A stretch of DNA of 32,000 nt, taken from the NCBI GenBank assembly GCA_964648855.1, contig CAZYLT010000021.1, positions 1-32,000 of the forward strand, in the 5' to 3' direction. Source of the DNA: an uncultured archaeon (GTDB lineage Archaea; Asgardarchaeota; Thorarchaeia; Thorarchaeales; Thorarchaeaceae). Each line of letters starts with the position of its first letter. Position 1 is the first letter of the stretch. Made by a program: the position numbers and the translations under genes. The notes below the pieces were generated by a model. It made no database searches. It had not been told where the DNA came from and saw only the letters and a list, made by a program, of their open reading frames with translations. Shown here piece after piece: positions 1-9,469 of this stretch.

Positions 1-391
1 CCTTTCTGCGGTCATAGAGGTCAAACATCTCTAGGAGCTCTTTAGCTCTCCTTTCTCTCTCTGACCTGCTAACTTGATACAGCTCACCGGTAAACATCAT
101 ATTATCCCAAGCAGAGAGGTTGTTGTAAACGTTGGAAATCTCTGGTACGATTCCCACGTGTGTCTTAGCGGCAATCGTATCGTTTTCAATATCATGTCCG
201 AATATGGTCGCTGTTCCATCGCTTGGTTGAGTCAAGCCTGTGAACATTCTAACAGTAGTGGTCTTGCCCGCGCCATTAGGTCCCAGGAAGCCGAATATCT
301 CACCTCTCTTCACTTCGAAGGTGACATGGTCTACCGCTAGGAGGTTTCCGTAATACTTTGTCAGATTCTTAGTTTCAATCGCCTTTTCCAA
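1..391 (-). CDS. ABC transporter ATP-binding subunit (DrrA/CcmA-like), runs off window start
   Basis: Manual translation from TTG at 391: MEKAIETKNLTKYYGNLLAVDHVTFEVKRGEIFGFLGPNGAGKTTT (Walker A). Paralogous to 30435-31418. Absent from the ORF track because truncated. Confidence 0.92.
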   Translation of the reverse strand, partial: MEKAIETKNLTKYYGNLLAVDHVTFEVKRGEIFGFLGPNGAGKTTTVRMFTGLTQPSDGTATIFGHDIENDTIAAKTHVGIVPEISNVYNNLSAWDNMMFTGELYQVSRSERERRAKELLEMFDLYDRRK

Positions 392-392
392 A

Positions 393-773
393 TCACTCAT
401 CTCCTTCTTTCGGTTCCGCTAAGTGCTTGTCGTAATACTGAATCAGACTATCCATCAATTGCCTTCTTTGTCTCACCATCTTCAATCCTTCCCGTAATAC
501 TTGGATTCCTTCCTTTGTCAGTGTATAGACTCTGCGATTAGCACCGGACTCGTTGTTCATCCACTTCGATGTCACAAGCCCCTTTTTTTCCATCCTCCTT
601 AGGATTGTGTAGATTGAGCCTGTTTCGGGGACATAATTTCCCGCGGTGATCCGCTCCAAGTCCTCCATTATCTGATAGCCATGCGAAGGATTAGCATGTA
701 GCAGTCGCAGAATCAGCAGTTTGACATGACCTCTACCAGGATAATGACAGGAGCCATGTCGTGGTTCGCACAT
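393..773 (-). CDS. PadR-family winged-helix transcriptional regulator
   Basis: LLILRLL..PSHGYQIM..L.....PETGSIYTILRRMEKKGLV..W......RRVYTLTKEG pattern. ATG at 773 preferred over 797; lies directly upstream of the ABC gene. Confidence 0.9.
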   Translation of the reverse strand: MCEPRHGSCHYPGRGHVKLLILRLLHANPSHGYQIMEDLERITAGNYVPETGSIYTILRRMEKKGLVTSKWMNNESGANRRVYTLTKEGIQVLREGLKMVRQRRQLMDSLIQYYDKHLAEPKEGDE

Positions 774-789
774 ATATCTCACAGATATA
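773..789. promoter_or_regulatory. Candidate operator, perfect inverted repeat TATATCT-CAC-AGATATA at the padR start
   Basis: 7-bp perfect inverted repeat overlapping the probable start; PadR autoregulation is inference. Confidence 0.3.
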
Positions 790-962
790 CGTAACATTGA
801 TATACATATAAATGATATGTTCTAGCCCACAAATAACCAGGTCGAAAACTGTGCCGAGTTGTTACAATCAAGCGAAACATCAGACAAGAACAAGAGGGTT
901 CGCCATCTCGACCTCAAATCAACAATCGAATATCTTATATATAGCGATTTATCGATTGTTAG

Positions 963-1394
963 TTGAGGAGCAAAATCGTGTCAACAAATCATGAATCTCT
1001 AATCTATACCTGTTATGGCGGATTATCGAATACAGGGCTTATTGCAGGGCTTGCAGCACTTGAGGCAGTCAAACAAGTTGGTTTGAGAAAGGCGTGTATT
1101 TCATGTCTGGCTTCACTCGCATGTGACGATCAGCCGGCTCATGACAAGTCTCGTTCAGCCAAGGCCATCATCACGGTTGACGGATGTCCTAAGGAGTGTG
1201 CCAGACGTCTTGTCGAAAAAGCGGGATACACACCGACAGCGTCAATATGCATCACACGAGATACGGATATATCAAAGGTCAGTCTGGCAAAAGACCTCGC
1301 TGGTGAGCCAAAACCGGTCATGGACTATATTGCTCCTGGTGATCTTGAAAAGGTAACAGAATTAATTGTCGATGCAATAGAAGGAATATCATAG
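963..1394 (+). CDS. DGC-domain putative zinc-binding protein
   Basis: YTCYGGLSNTG...CISCLA...IITVDGCPKECARR: conserved cysteines and DGC motif. Confidence 0.85.
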   Translation: MRSKIVSTNHESLIYTCYGGLSNTGLIAGLAALEAVKQVGLRKACISCLASLACDDQPAHDKSRSAKAIITVDGCPKECARRLVEKAGYTPTASICITRDTDISKVSLAKDLAGEPKPVMDYIAPGDLEKVTELIVDAIEGIS

Positions 1395-1579
1395 TCCATC
1401 ACCGCACTGAGTTGTTCTCTGCGGGTACAGACGACCTCTGGAAGGCTTCTCTCGACTTGAGCCATGATATGTGACCCAAGAGCAGGGAGCGCCTAGCTTC
1501 ACCCGCACAGGTCATCGATTCCCTGAAGCACTTGTACATCTGGATATGGATGACGTATAAGATGCTGCTTTCTTTGGAC

Positions 1580-1694
1580 GCGGGTCGCCGGCAAAGATGT
1601 CTGCAGTCCCTCCTTCATATGTTGCGCCTAGAATCAAATCTGCATCTTCCAATTCGTCAAGGCAGAATACTCGTCCCACCTTACTTGTCTGCAT
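1580..1694 (-). pseudogene. Possible N-terminal fragment of an AspBHI/Mrr-like modification-dependent restriction endonuclease
   Basis: ELEDADLILGATYEGG...AGDP resembles the DL.vda.YEGG....DP start of that family; similarity is lost afterwards. Confidence 0.35.
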
Positions 1695-1854
1695 TTGCTC
1701 TCTCTTTGGTTTCTTGTTCGCATAATGTCCGTATACTCCTAGTAAGCCTTCTCTTGACGTATGCTGCCTGATGTTCTCCCTCGCTTCCGGTCAGGTGCAA
1801 TCGCTCTCGGCATCCATTCGCAGCTGCTTTTGAAGAGGCTGGATGTTGTAGATG

Positions 1855-1879
1855 ATGATCCAGCCTTCCACCCCGGTCT
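1855..1879 (+). repeat. 25-bp copy of tRNA-Gly-related motif ATGATCCAGCCTTCCACCCCGGTCT
   Basis: Identical to 6013-6037 and 11776-11800. Confidence 0.9.
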
Positions 1880-1936
1880 ATTATTTCAGTAGATACTATA
1901 ATTCCTTTGAAGCATTAGCAATGAAACCAGCAAGTC

Positions 1937-4024
1937 CTAATCGGACATGCCGAGAATGTCCAGAATGAATGCATAGTTAAAAGCAAAATCTTTCATGTAG
2001 TCATACCGACCGCTGGCACTAAAATGCCCGGTTTCCATCTTCGTTTTTAGTAGCAGGCGATTTGAGTCGGTTTTCTTATCTCGAAGCCTTGCAATCCATT
2101 TTGCTGGCTCCCAGTAGTGAACTCTTGGATCGTTATAACCTGCAGTTATCAGGATAGATGGATACTCTTGGCTTCTTACATTGTCATAAGGAGCATATTC
2201 ATACATCCACTCAAACTGCTCTTCGATTCGCGGGTCACCCCACTCATTATACTCGAAGGTTGTCAGGGGAATTGACTCGTCTAGCATTGTGTTTATTACA
2301 TCTACAAATGGGACTGCTGCAACTATGCAGCCAAACAGGTCTGGGCGCAAGTTGGCGATGGCCCCCATCAGCAGCCCTCCTGCACTACCTCCCAACGCGC
2401 ATAAACTATCGCTTGTTGTATACCCCTCTCTCAAGAGATGTTCAGCACAATCAATGAAGTCGGTGAATGTGTTCATCTTTTTTTCTAGTTTGCCCCTGTG
2501 ATACAATGTTTTACCAAACTCGCCTCCGCCTCTTATATGCGCAATGGCGATTATGATGCCCCTCTCAAGAAGACAAACTCGCTTGTGGTCGAATCCGGGG
2601 TCGTAGGAAGATCCGTATGCTCCATACCCATAAAGCAGTAAAGGAGAGTTACCGTTAAGAATCACATCTCGGGAATACGCCAATGATATTGGTATCCGGG
2701 TATTATCTCGGGCTGTAGAGTAGATCCTCTCAGTGATGTACTCCGAAGGGTCAAAGCCTGCAATCTCTTCGACTTTCTTTGATTTCAGCGTGCGAGTTCT
2801 CATATTATAGTCGTAGGTTGTCCTAGGCGTGATAAGAGAGCTAAAATAGAACCTGACGATCTCAGCATAATAATCAGGATTTTGCAAGTAGAATATAGAA
2901 GCCATTCCGGGCAGGTACAAGCTAATGTCATAGATGTCCTCTGCAATTTCGATTTCATGCATTTCTTTAGACTTGATATCATAGACTGTGAGGGAAGAAT
3001 ATCCTTCCTCTCTAGACAGAATGACCAGATGGTTTTGAAATGTCAATAGTTGCCCTTGCCAAGAAAGGCGACTAGCCTCAAAACCCCTGTCTATCACCGG
3101 TTCCCAGCTGGCAGAATCGAGACTTTCAACTGGAGTTCGCATTAAGTGGAAGTCTTCTTCCTCTTCATGATTGGTGAGGAAATAGAAGTACCCCTCATGA
3201 TGCTCCACCACCAATTCTGTGCCCTCTCTTCTTTGAAAGAAGACAGTCAAATCTGGGTTCTCTTCTTGCAAATCGAGATACCGAACCTCTGTTGTTTCAG
3301 AGCTGAAGTTCAGCTGGTATATGATGAGATAGAATCCATCTGTGGTTTTTGATAAATGAACCATGAATCTCTTGTCTTCCTCCTCTATGATTTGTATGTC
3401 ATCTCCCCTGTCCGTACCAATCATGTGTTGAGATACAGCATATTCCCGATGAATGTCATCGAGCTGGGTATAGTAGAGGATAGCACCATTTCTGCCCCAC
3501 TCAAGTTGTGAACCGATTTCATCGATGGTGTCAATAATCTCACCGGTCTCTAGAGAAACCACTTGCGCCTCATACGTTTCATCTCCAGAAAAGTCAACCG
3601 TATATGCCAGGACCTTGTGATTGTCGCTGATCTTCAAGGAGCCAATTCTAAGATAGGATTGTTCCTCTGCAAGGATATTTTCATCCAGTATGACCTCTTC
3701 TGGCGCCTCTAATGACCCCTTCTTGCGACAGTGTATCTTGTAGTTCTTCCCCTCCATCTCCTTGTAGTAATAGTAGAAGTCACCATACTTGACCGGAACG
3801 CTCTCATCATCTTCTTTGATTCGAGACTTCATCTCTTCAAACAACTGTTGCTGGAGGTCTTCTGTATGCTTCATCATTTCTACAGTATAATCGTTCTCAG
3901 CTCGCAGGTACTCTAATACATCCTCTGAGTCCTTGTCCCGCAACCAGAAGTAATCATCAGTGCGCTTTCTATCGTGTATCTCAGTTTCATGGGGTTGCTT
4001 CTTGGCAATGGGAGGTTCTGGCAT
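1937..4024 (-). CDS. ptrB: Oligopeptidase B (S9A prolyl oligopeptidase family)
   Basis: PPIAKK...DDYFWLRD N-terminus, GGSAGG nucleophile elbow, VPFVDV, NDPRVHYWEPAKW, GHF His motif. Confidence 0.95.
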   Translation of the reverse strand: MPEPPIAKKQPHETEIHDRKRTDDYFWLRDKDSEDVLEYLRAENDYTVEMMKHTEDLQQQLFEEMKSRIKEDDESVPVKYGDFYYYYKEMEGKNYKIHCRKKGSLEAPEEVILDENILAEEQSYLRIGSLKISDNHKVLAYTVDFSGDETYEAQVVSLETGEIIDTIDEIGSQLEWGRNGAILYYTQLDDIHREYAVSQHMIGTDRGDDIQIIEEEDKRFMVHLSKTTDGFYLIIYQLNFSSETTEVRYLDLQEENPDLTVFFQRREGTELVVEHHEGYFYFLTNHEEEEDFHLMRTPVESLDSASWEPVIDRGFEASRLSWQGQLLTFQNHLVILSREEGYSSLTVYDIKSKEMHEIEIAEDIYDISLYLPGMASIFYLQNPDYYAEIVRFYFSSLITPRTTYDYNMRTRTLKSKKVEEIAGFDPSEYITERIYSTARDNTRIPISLAYSRDVILNGNSPLLLYGYGAYGSSYDPGFDHKRVCLLERGIIIAIAHIRGGGEFGKTLYHRGKLEKKMNTFTDFIDCAEHLLREGYTTSDSLCALGGSAGGLLMGAIANLRPDLFGCIVAAVPFVDVINTMLDESIPLTTFEYNEWGDPRIEEQFEWMYEYAPYDNVRSQEYPSILITAGYNDPRVHYWEPAKWIARLRDKKTDSNRLLLKTKMETGHFSASGRYDYMKDFAFNYAFILDILGMSD

Positions 4025-4082
4025 GCTTAGCTACTCTCTCCTCTTTCATCTTGCTGACGAATATGATAAAGACATTCCCACA

Positions 4083-4334
4083 ATGGAATGTCGACCTTAT
4101 TGGGAGCCAGTTTCCATCATGGACCAAGCGTACCCTGGGCATCCGAAAACCGAGTTTTGCGTACGTATCAACCATGACCCGGATGGGGACACTCATCAGA
4201 CTACATGGTGGTGGGGATGGTCATGCTGGGAAACCATTACGTATTTCAACAGTGATTTCTATGAACCTTTTGCTGTTCACGACACAACAATTGACAATGT
4301 GGCGGCAAACTATGTTGTAATAATCCAGCACTAG
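4083..4334 (+). CDS. Small hypothetical protein or gene remnant; start uncertain
   Basis: Non-overlapping part of ORF 3960-4334, ending 19 nt before the FG-GAP gene; Trp/aromatic-rich, no recognisable motif. Confidence 0.35.
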   Translation: MECRPYWEPVSIMDQAYPGHPKTEFCVRINHDPDGDTHQTTWWWGWSCWETITYFNSDFYEPFAVHDTTIDNVAANYVVIIQH

Positions 4335-4353
4335 TATTTGGAGTAATGGAGGC

Positions 4354-5523
4354 ATGATGGGTATGAATCGCAGCAGGCAGTTGTTATTTGCAACTCTTAT
4401 CATTGTTGGAATAACACTCGGAGGAGCTATCCTTTACTTGAGCGGCCGAGGGGTGAGTTACTCAAAATATGACTACCCACTCTGGTCTGAATGGGATTGG
4501 AGAGTATATGACCACCTGCAAGTGGCAGATTTGAATGGCGACCAGCTAGATGATGTAGTAATCTCGGGTTTTGAGTCTCTTGAAGTCATATATCAGAACA
4601 GCACTGGGCAATTTGAAAACCGCACTAAATTACTATCCAGCGGAACATCTGGACGGTTCATCATGGAGGACCTGAATGGGGACAGTTTTCCTGACATTTG
4701 TGACAGAAATGGAAGTGGTCTGTTCACTCTGATGAATGATGGCGCTGGAAAATTTACCACATCCCAGAAACTCCCTTTCAGTGGTATGCGACCATTCTCG
4801 TACCATTCAGGCAATAGCAATGTCCCTGATATCGGTGTTCATAAAATCGGTCAGAAGCATCGCCTAGTCATGATGTCGAACAACGGCTCGGGATTCTTTA
4901 CATTTAACCAGAACATAACACTGACCAGTTCAGTCAATCAGTGGGATATCCTCTCTCATGACTTCAACCAAGATGGAGAGGATGAAATCGCTATAATCCA
5001 ATCGGATGGCAATCTAACAGTCTTTTCCTTGAATTCATCTGAAAGATACGATGTCAACGTATCGCAATACATTTCACAGATCTATGTTGCATGGCTCATT
5101 TCTGCCGATATCGATGGCAACGGAATTGATGATATTGGCCTCGTGTCGACTCTGGGGCCAAACAGTGGTGTGGTTGTCTTCTTCTCCTTGGACTCCATTG
5201 CCACGGGAGCTCCCATTATTGAGAGAAGCTACTCTACTGGCTGGCTTGGTGGGAACACAGCAGACTTGGACGGTGACAATGACCTAGATATCATTCTATG
5301 TTCGTATCAGGGCACCATTATTGCTATAGAGAATGAGAGGACGGGAACTATTTCAAACGAGGTCGTGTTCACTGGATTCATCACCCCTCACTCACCGGCG
5401 GTCATAGACTTAGTAGGAAAGCCATCTCCTGCAATCATCTTTCTTGCCCAATCGCGAGAGTCCCATCGGAATCTTATAGACGTAATTGTGATTTGGAGAA
5501 ATGAAGAGAACATACTCTATTAA
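4354..5523 (+). CDS. Membrane-anchored FG-GAP/VCBS repeat beta-propeller protein
   Basis: N-terminal hydrophobic helix; repeated DLNGDQLDDV, DLNGDSFPDI, DFNQDGEDEI, DIDGNGIDDI, DLDGDNDLDI Ca-binding loops. Confidence 0.88.
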   Translation: MMGMNRSRQLLFATLIIVGITLGGAILYLSGRGVSYSKYDYPLWSEWDWRVYDHLQVADLNGDQLDDVVISGFESLEVIYQNSTGQFENRTKLLSSGTSGRFIMEDLNGDSFPDICDRNGSGLFTLMNDGAGKFTTSQKLPFSGMRPFSYHSGNSNVPDIGVHKIGQKHRLVMMSNNGSGFFTFNQNITLTSSVNQWDILSHDFNQDGEDEIAIIQSDGNLTVFSLNSSERYDVNVSQYISQIYVAWLISADIDGNGIDDIGLVSTLGPNSGVVVFFSLDSIATGAPIIERSYSTGWLGGNTADLDGDNDLDIILCSYQGTIIAIENERTGTISNEVVFTGFITPHSPAVIDLVGKPSPAIIFLAQSRESHRNLIDVIVIWRNEENILY

Positions 5524-5762
5524 GAGCACAGTTCTCGCCAGCATTTTTTTGAAAAGATAAAGGTCAGTTTTGAAAGAAAAACACATCTCCTTTAGAGGCA
5601 TAATCTAGCTTCTCTATTGGTGTCTTGAAATGGACTTGATCCTCTAATAGAGTACTCCGAAAAAACAACTCTGCTACGAACTAAATAGTCCATACGTCTA
5701 GCCTAGACCTTCATTTTGAGGATAAATCACACCGAACAGAGTCAGAGCATTTCTATTGAATT

Positions 5763-5906
5763 TCAATATCGAATAAGTTCAATCCTCTTCGAGCTGATTT
5801 CAAAGGGTAAGCTGTCCATTGAATGCATTGTTCCTCTCATTTTAGCAAATCACAACCTATGTTTTACTGAACCCTCAACTCTCTTTATCACCTCATTCTT
5901 CTTCAT
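5763..5906 (-). pseudogene. 3'-end remnant of a KaiC/RAD55-family ATPase gene (copy 1)
   Basis: Translates ..IKRVEGSVKHRL*FAKMRGTMHSMDSLPFEISSKRIEL; KMRGT.HS....PF.I is the typical KaiC/RAD55 C-terminus; internal TGA. Confidence 0.65.
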
Positions 5907-6113
5907 GTAATTCACACTCCGTTGGAAAACCTTCCCCCTTCTCTGCTTCATATATTGCCCGCTGTAAAGATAATCTATTTGCCCAATTTGGGAGGACTGG
6001 CCATCCCCCAAAATGATCCAGCCTTCCACCCCGGTCTGTTGTCTGAGCCGCTCTTGCAATAGCCTTAAATTTCCCTAGCGTTTTGCCGCTCATGAATAGC
6101 AGCCGTAGTCTAG
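5776..6113 (+). repeat. ~340-bp direct repeat, copy 1
   Basis: Homologous to 11535-11876; 5811-5915 is identical to 11571-11675 (105 bp); ends in GCCGTAGTCTAG, the start of a tRNA-Gly. Confidence 0.95.
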
Positions 6114-6408
6114 GTATTATCTACGGTCTGACATACCCATAGTAGGGCGGAACAAGTTTCGCTTTTGCCGCTACTTCCATTTTGAAATCCTTCATTGCTT
6201 TACCAGTCATTTTGGGTTGGAATGCCCCAAAAGTACGCCTCCCGGACATGGATTTCTCGATTAACTTGTTGGATGATGTATGCCGAATCTATCGGGAATC
6301 TAGCCAAATTGCATATAACTCATATGTTATTTGTGATATGTTTTGCTATACAATTTATGCCGTCATAAGAATAATTGGCTTTAAATACTAATCCACAATA
6401 TTCATGCA

Positions 6409-7164
6409 ATGGTAGAGAAAATGGGGTTCAAATGGGCAAATCGTCAGATCATCAAGTTCTGCAATCTGGCAAAATCAATCGTTCTAACCGGCAGTCATGC
6501 CACTGACGAGGCTAAATCCACGAGTGATGTTGATTTCCTTATCGTTGCCAATGACACAAGTTCAGCTGAGAGTATAAAGGAATCAATTAGCAAGGTATCG
6601 AGCGAAGCAGGTAGGCCTAGGCTTGATGTCAAGATATACACTGAAAATGAATTCAAGAATGCTAAATCTGGCAAGGAACATCTGTTCTTATGGACAGCTC
6701 TCAGTAATGGTCAGGTACTATGTGGAGAAGACATCACACAATGCATTGAATTGAACAAAAGAAGAGTTGTAAACAGGGTTTGGGGAGAGCTTCAAACGAT
6801 AACCGACTGTGTTGACAAGTTAGAGATGAACACCCAGTTTACTGGCTGTTGTTTCTCTCTTTATCAGGCACTCAAAACAATCTACTTCGTAGAGAGGGTT
6901 ATACTTGAGAAATCCGGTTGTCCACCAAAAAGGGTATTCATAGAGCAAATGTTAGAAAAGGCATACAATCTTGTAAGGGAACGATATTACTACGTGACTC
7001 GCCAAGTTAAGGATCCCGAATTCTCTCGGGACATAAAATTGCCGTTAAGCGTTGACAGGAAATTCGATTCATCTGATTACAGGATTGCTCGTAAGCAATG
7101 CAAAATGGTTGTTGATTATTTACAAAACACATATTCAAAGGTTACCGAATGGGCTGAAGTATAA
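6409..7164 (+). CDS. Minimal nucleotidyltransferase (Pol-beta fold) with helical, possibly HEPN-like, C-terminal domain
   Basis: IVLTGSHA......SDVDFLIV plus LDVKIY third Asp; C-terminal FTGCCFSLYQALK resembles the first HEPN helices. Confidence 0.75.
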   Translation: MVEKMGFKWANRQIIKFCNLAKSIVLTGSHATDEAKSTSDVDFLIVANDTSSAESIKESISKVSSEAGRPRLDVKIYTENEFKNAKSGKEHLFLWTALSNGQVLCGEDITQCIELNKRRVVNRVWGELQTITDCVDKLEMNTQFTGCCFSLYQALKTIYFVERVILEKSGCPPKRVFIEQMLEKAYNLVRERYYYVTRQVKDPEFSRDIKLPLSVDRKFDSSDYRIARKQCKMVVDYLQNTYSKVTEWAEV

Positions 7165-7537
7165 GGTTCATCATGTCGATGAATCAAATCGCTTAGGGGA
7201 TGAGCATGCTGAGACGAGGAAGAACAGCTTCTTATCTCCGGCTAGCAGGTTGAGAATCCATATGCTAACCTAGCTCTGGCCATTCTCTCTCGCTACTTTA
7301 TGATGAAACACCCAGAACAGGTTTATCTAGAAATCCGCAGAAATCAGGGTCATACTCTCCATTTCGAGAAATAGCAGGACTTAGAGAAATAATGCGCGAA
7401 AAACATGGTGATTTGATTTCTTGACACCTTCTTGGCTGGCAATTTTAATGGAAGAACTCATAAGATGTCTGCGTCTGTATTCCAAACAGCTATTGTAGAA
7501 ATCAACATCGTTGGCCAGGAAATGAAGGGAATCATTA

Positions 7538-9124
7538 ATGAAGCGTTCTAAATCAAACATGGGATTTTGCGCTTTACTTGCTATTCTGCTTTCTTCCACA
7601 CTCTTGGCTATAACCCCCTATAATCTTGAATCCAACTTCTTAATTTGTGGAAGGGATGCCCATAGAATATCTGATATTATCGGAAATCATGCCCCTGTTG
7701 CTATTCATTCGGACACCGAACTCAGTAATTTGGCATACAGTGAAGGTTGGGCTGGAACGGGAGCCATCAACAATCCATACATCATCAAAAATCTCATAAT
7801 AAGTAGTGAAATCACTTGCATCAGAATTGAAAATACTAATCTGCATTTTCGGATAGTTCGATGTTATTTGTTTTCCGAAAGCGAATCAAACGGAGTTGGT
7901 GTATCCCTACTGAATGTGTCCAATGCAGTAGTAGAAAATACCACCATAGTGAATAAGAGAATAGGAATTCTGACACAGAACTCGGTAAACTGCACTTTCA
8001 CGAAAAACAACGTAAGAGTTGTTACTGAATCCGCATTCAAGATTGTAGAATCAAGGTCTTGTGATATCATTGGGAACTCAGTCTATAATGCAAAGATTGG
8101 CTACGAACTGTCTTACTTGAGCAATTGTAGACTCAACTGGAATAACGCCACCCAGATTACCTCAATCGGAATCACTCTTACAGATTGTGTTGATTGTCAA
8201 GTGCTGCATAACATTGCCACTATCACAAGAGCAATTGGGTTAAGTATACGGAATTCCAATTTTCTTGATATTGGCTTCAATACAGCATATCTTTCAGACG
8301 GAGCGGGATTTGAACTTAATAACCTTCATTCCTGTATGCTCTTCAATAATACATCGGTACTGAACGATGGCACCGGTTTTTGGTTAGATGGCTCTTCAAG
8401 CTGTACTATTCTCTTCAATAATGGAGTTCAAAATGGCGCGAGCGGCATGTCAACTCAGCGTTTGCGGAACAACACTTTCTCGAATAATATTCTCTGTACC
8501 AACGGGGTTAATGGTCTTGAATTGTTTTCCACCCTTTCGGTATCAATGCTCTTCAATAACTCGTTCGGATGGAACACTAGAGATAATGCTTACGATGATT
8601 CCACCGCGAGTATTTGGTTGGGCAATAAATGGAGCGACTATGAAGGATCGGGAGAATACAACATTCCTGGTTGGGCAAATGCAAATGACACAAATCCTTC
8701 ACTCTTGGTAGATAGCCTACCTCCCGTCATCTATGGGCCAGAAAAATCGATGGAGGTCAAAGATAACGAAACCCTTATTCTGCAGTGGCATATGTGGGAT
8801 TGTCAACCATCTTCATATGAGATTTTTTTGAATGGAAGCATGATTGAGAGAAGAAACTGGGGTGATTCAGGAGTCCATATCCGCTTAGATCCTCTGCCAA
8901 AGTCTAACTACATTATTACTTTGAAAGCTTATGATAAGAATAATCTGTCTACACACCACTCTGTCTGTGTAACTGTAGAATCCTCTACAACTGAAATCGT
9001 TAATACATTCTATCTCAGATTAGGAATTGGCGTAATTGTAATAGCTTCACTTTCCTTAGTCTACTGCTATGTTGGTTCACGTCAATTACGTTTTCATCCT
9101 AGAGCATCAACAAATGCCCTTTAG
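7538..9124 (+). CDS. NosD-like parallel beta-helix surface protein with Ig-like domain and C-terminal TM anchor
   Basis: Signal peptide; GWAGTGAINNPYII motif; Asn-rich ~22-aa repeats; GNKWSDY; YIITLKAYDK; C-terminal hydrophobic helix. Confidence 0.85.
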   Translation: MKRSKSNMGFCALLAILLSSTLLAITPYNLESNFLICGRDAHRISDIIGNHAPVAIHSDTELSNLAYSEGWAGTGAINNPYIIKNLIISSEITCIRIENTNLHFRIVRCYLFSESESNGVGVSLLNVSNAVVENTTIVNKRIGILTQNSVNCTFTKNNVRVVTESAFKIVESRSCDIIGNSVYNAKIGYELSYLSNCRLNWNNATQITSIGITLTDCVDCQVLHNIATITRAIGLSIRNSNFLDIGFNTAYLSDGAGFELNNLHSCMLFNNTSVLNDGTGFWLDGSSSCTILFNNGVQNGASGMSTQRLRNNTFSNNILCTNGVNGLELFSTLSVSMLFNNSFGWNTRDNAYDDSTASIWLGNKWSDYEGSGEYNIPGWANANDTNPSLLVDSLPPVIYGPEKSMEVKDNETLILQWHMWDCQPSSYEIFLNGSMIERRNWGDSGVHIRLDPLPKSNYIITLKAYDKNNLSTHHSVCVTVESSTTEIVNTFYLRLGIGVIVIASLSLVYCYVGSRQLRFHPRASTNAL

Positions 9125-9469
9125 ACGACCAGAGAATGATTATAAGGAATCTGCTAGTTTTCTTAATTCTGTATTGCAATGATACTTCGTGGGTAGAGTC
9201 TATTGAAGCTCTACTAGTACTAAGAAGAGAAAATGTAGCTTTACCGTTTCTAGAATTCAGAGCACCGCAAACTGAGTCAAAATCCAAACTGTAGGATTTC
9301 ATAGCCAATATGTGATACATATCACATATCGAAAGAAAACCTCTTCTAAATAAGTCATTTTTCTGTAGGAATGTTTAAATATAAGCTATATTGCTTAATT
9401 AAGCAATAGGCATAATCTAAATGACCTATTGTTAGGAGGAGTTTCGAACTGAGATGGAATTTTCTACAA

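Noticed and set aside
74-340. Plus-strand 88-aa ORF and the many other antisense or shadow ORFs (e.g. 13120-13749, 19721-20194, 29869-30360)
   Set aside because: They lie opposite or inside well-supported genes.
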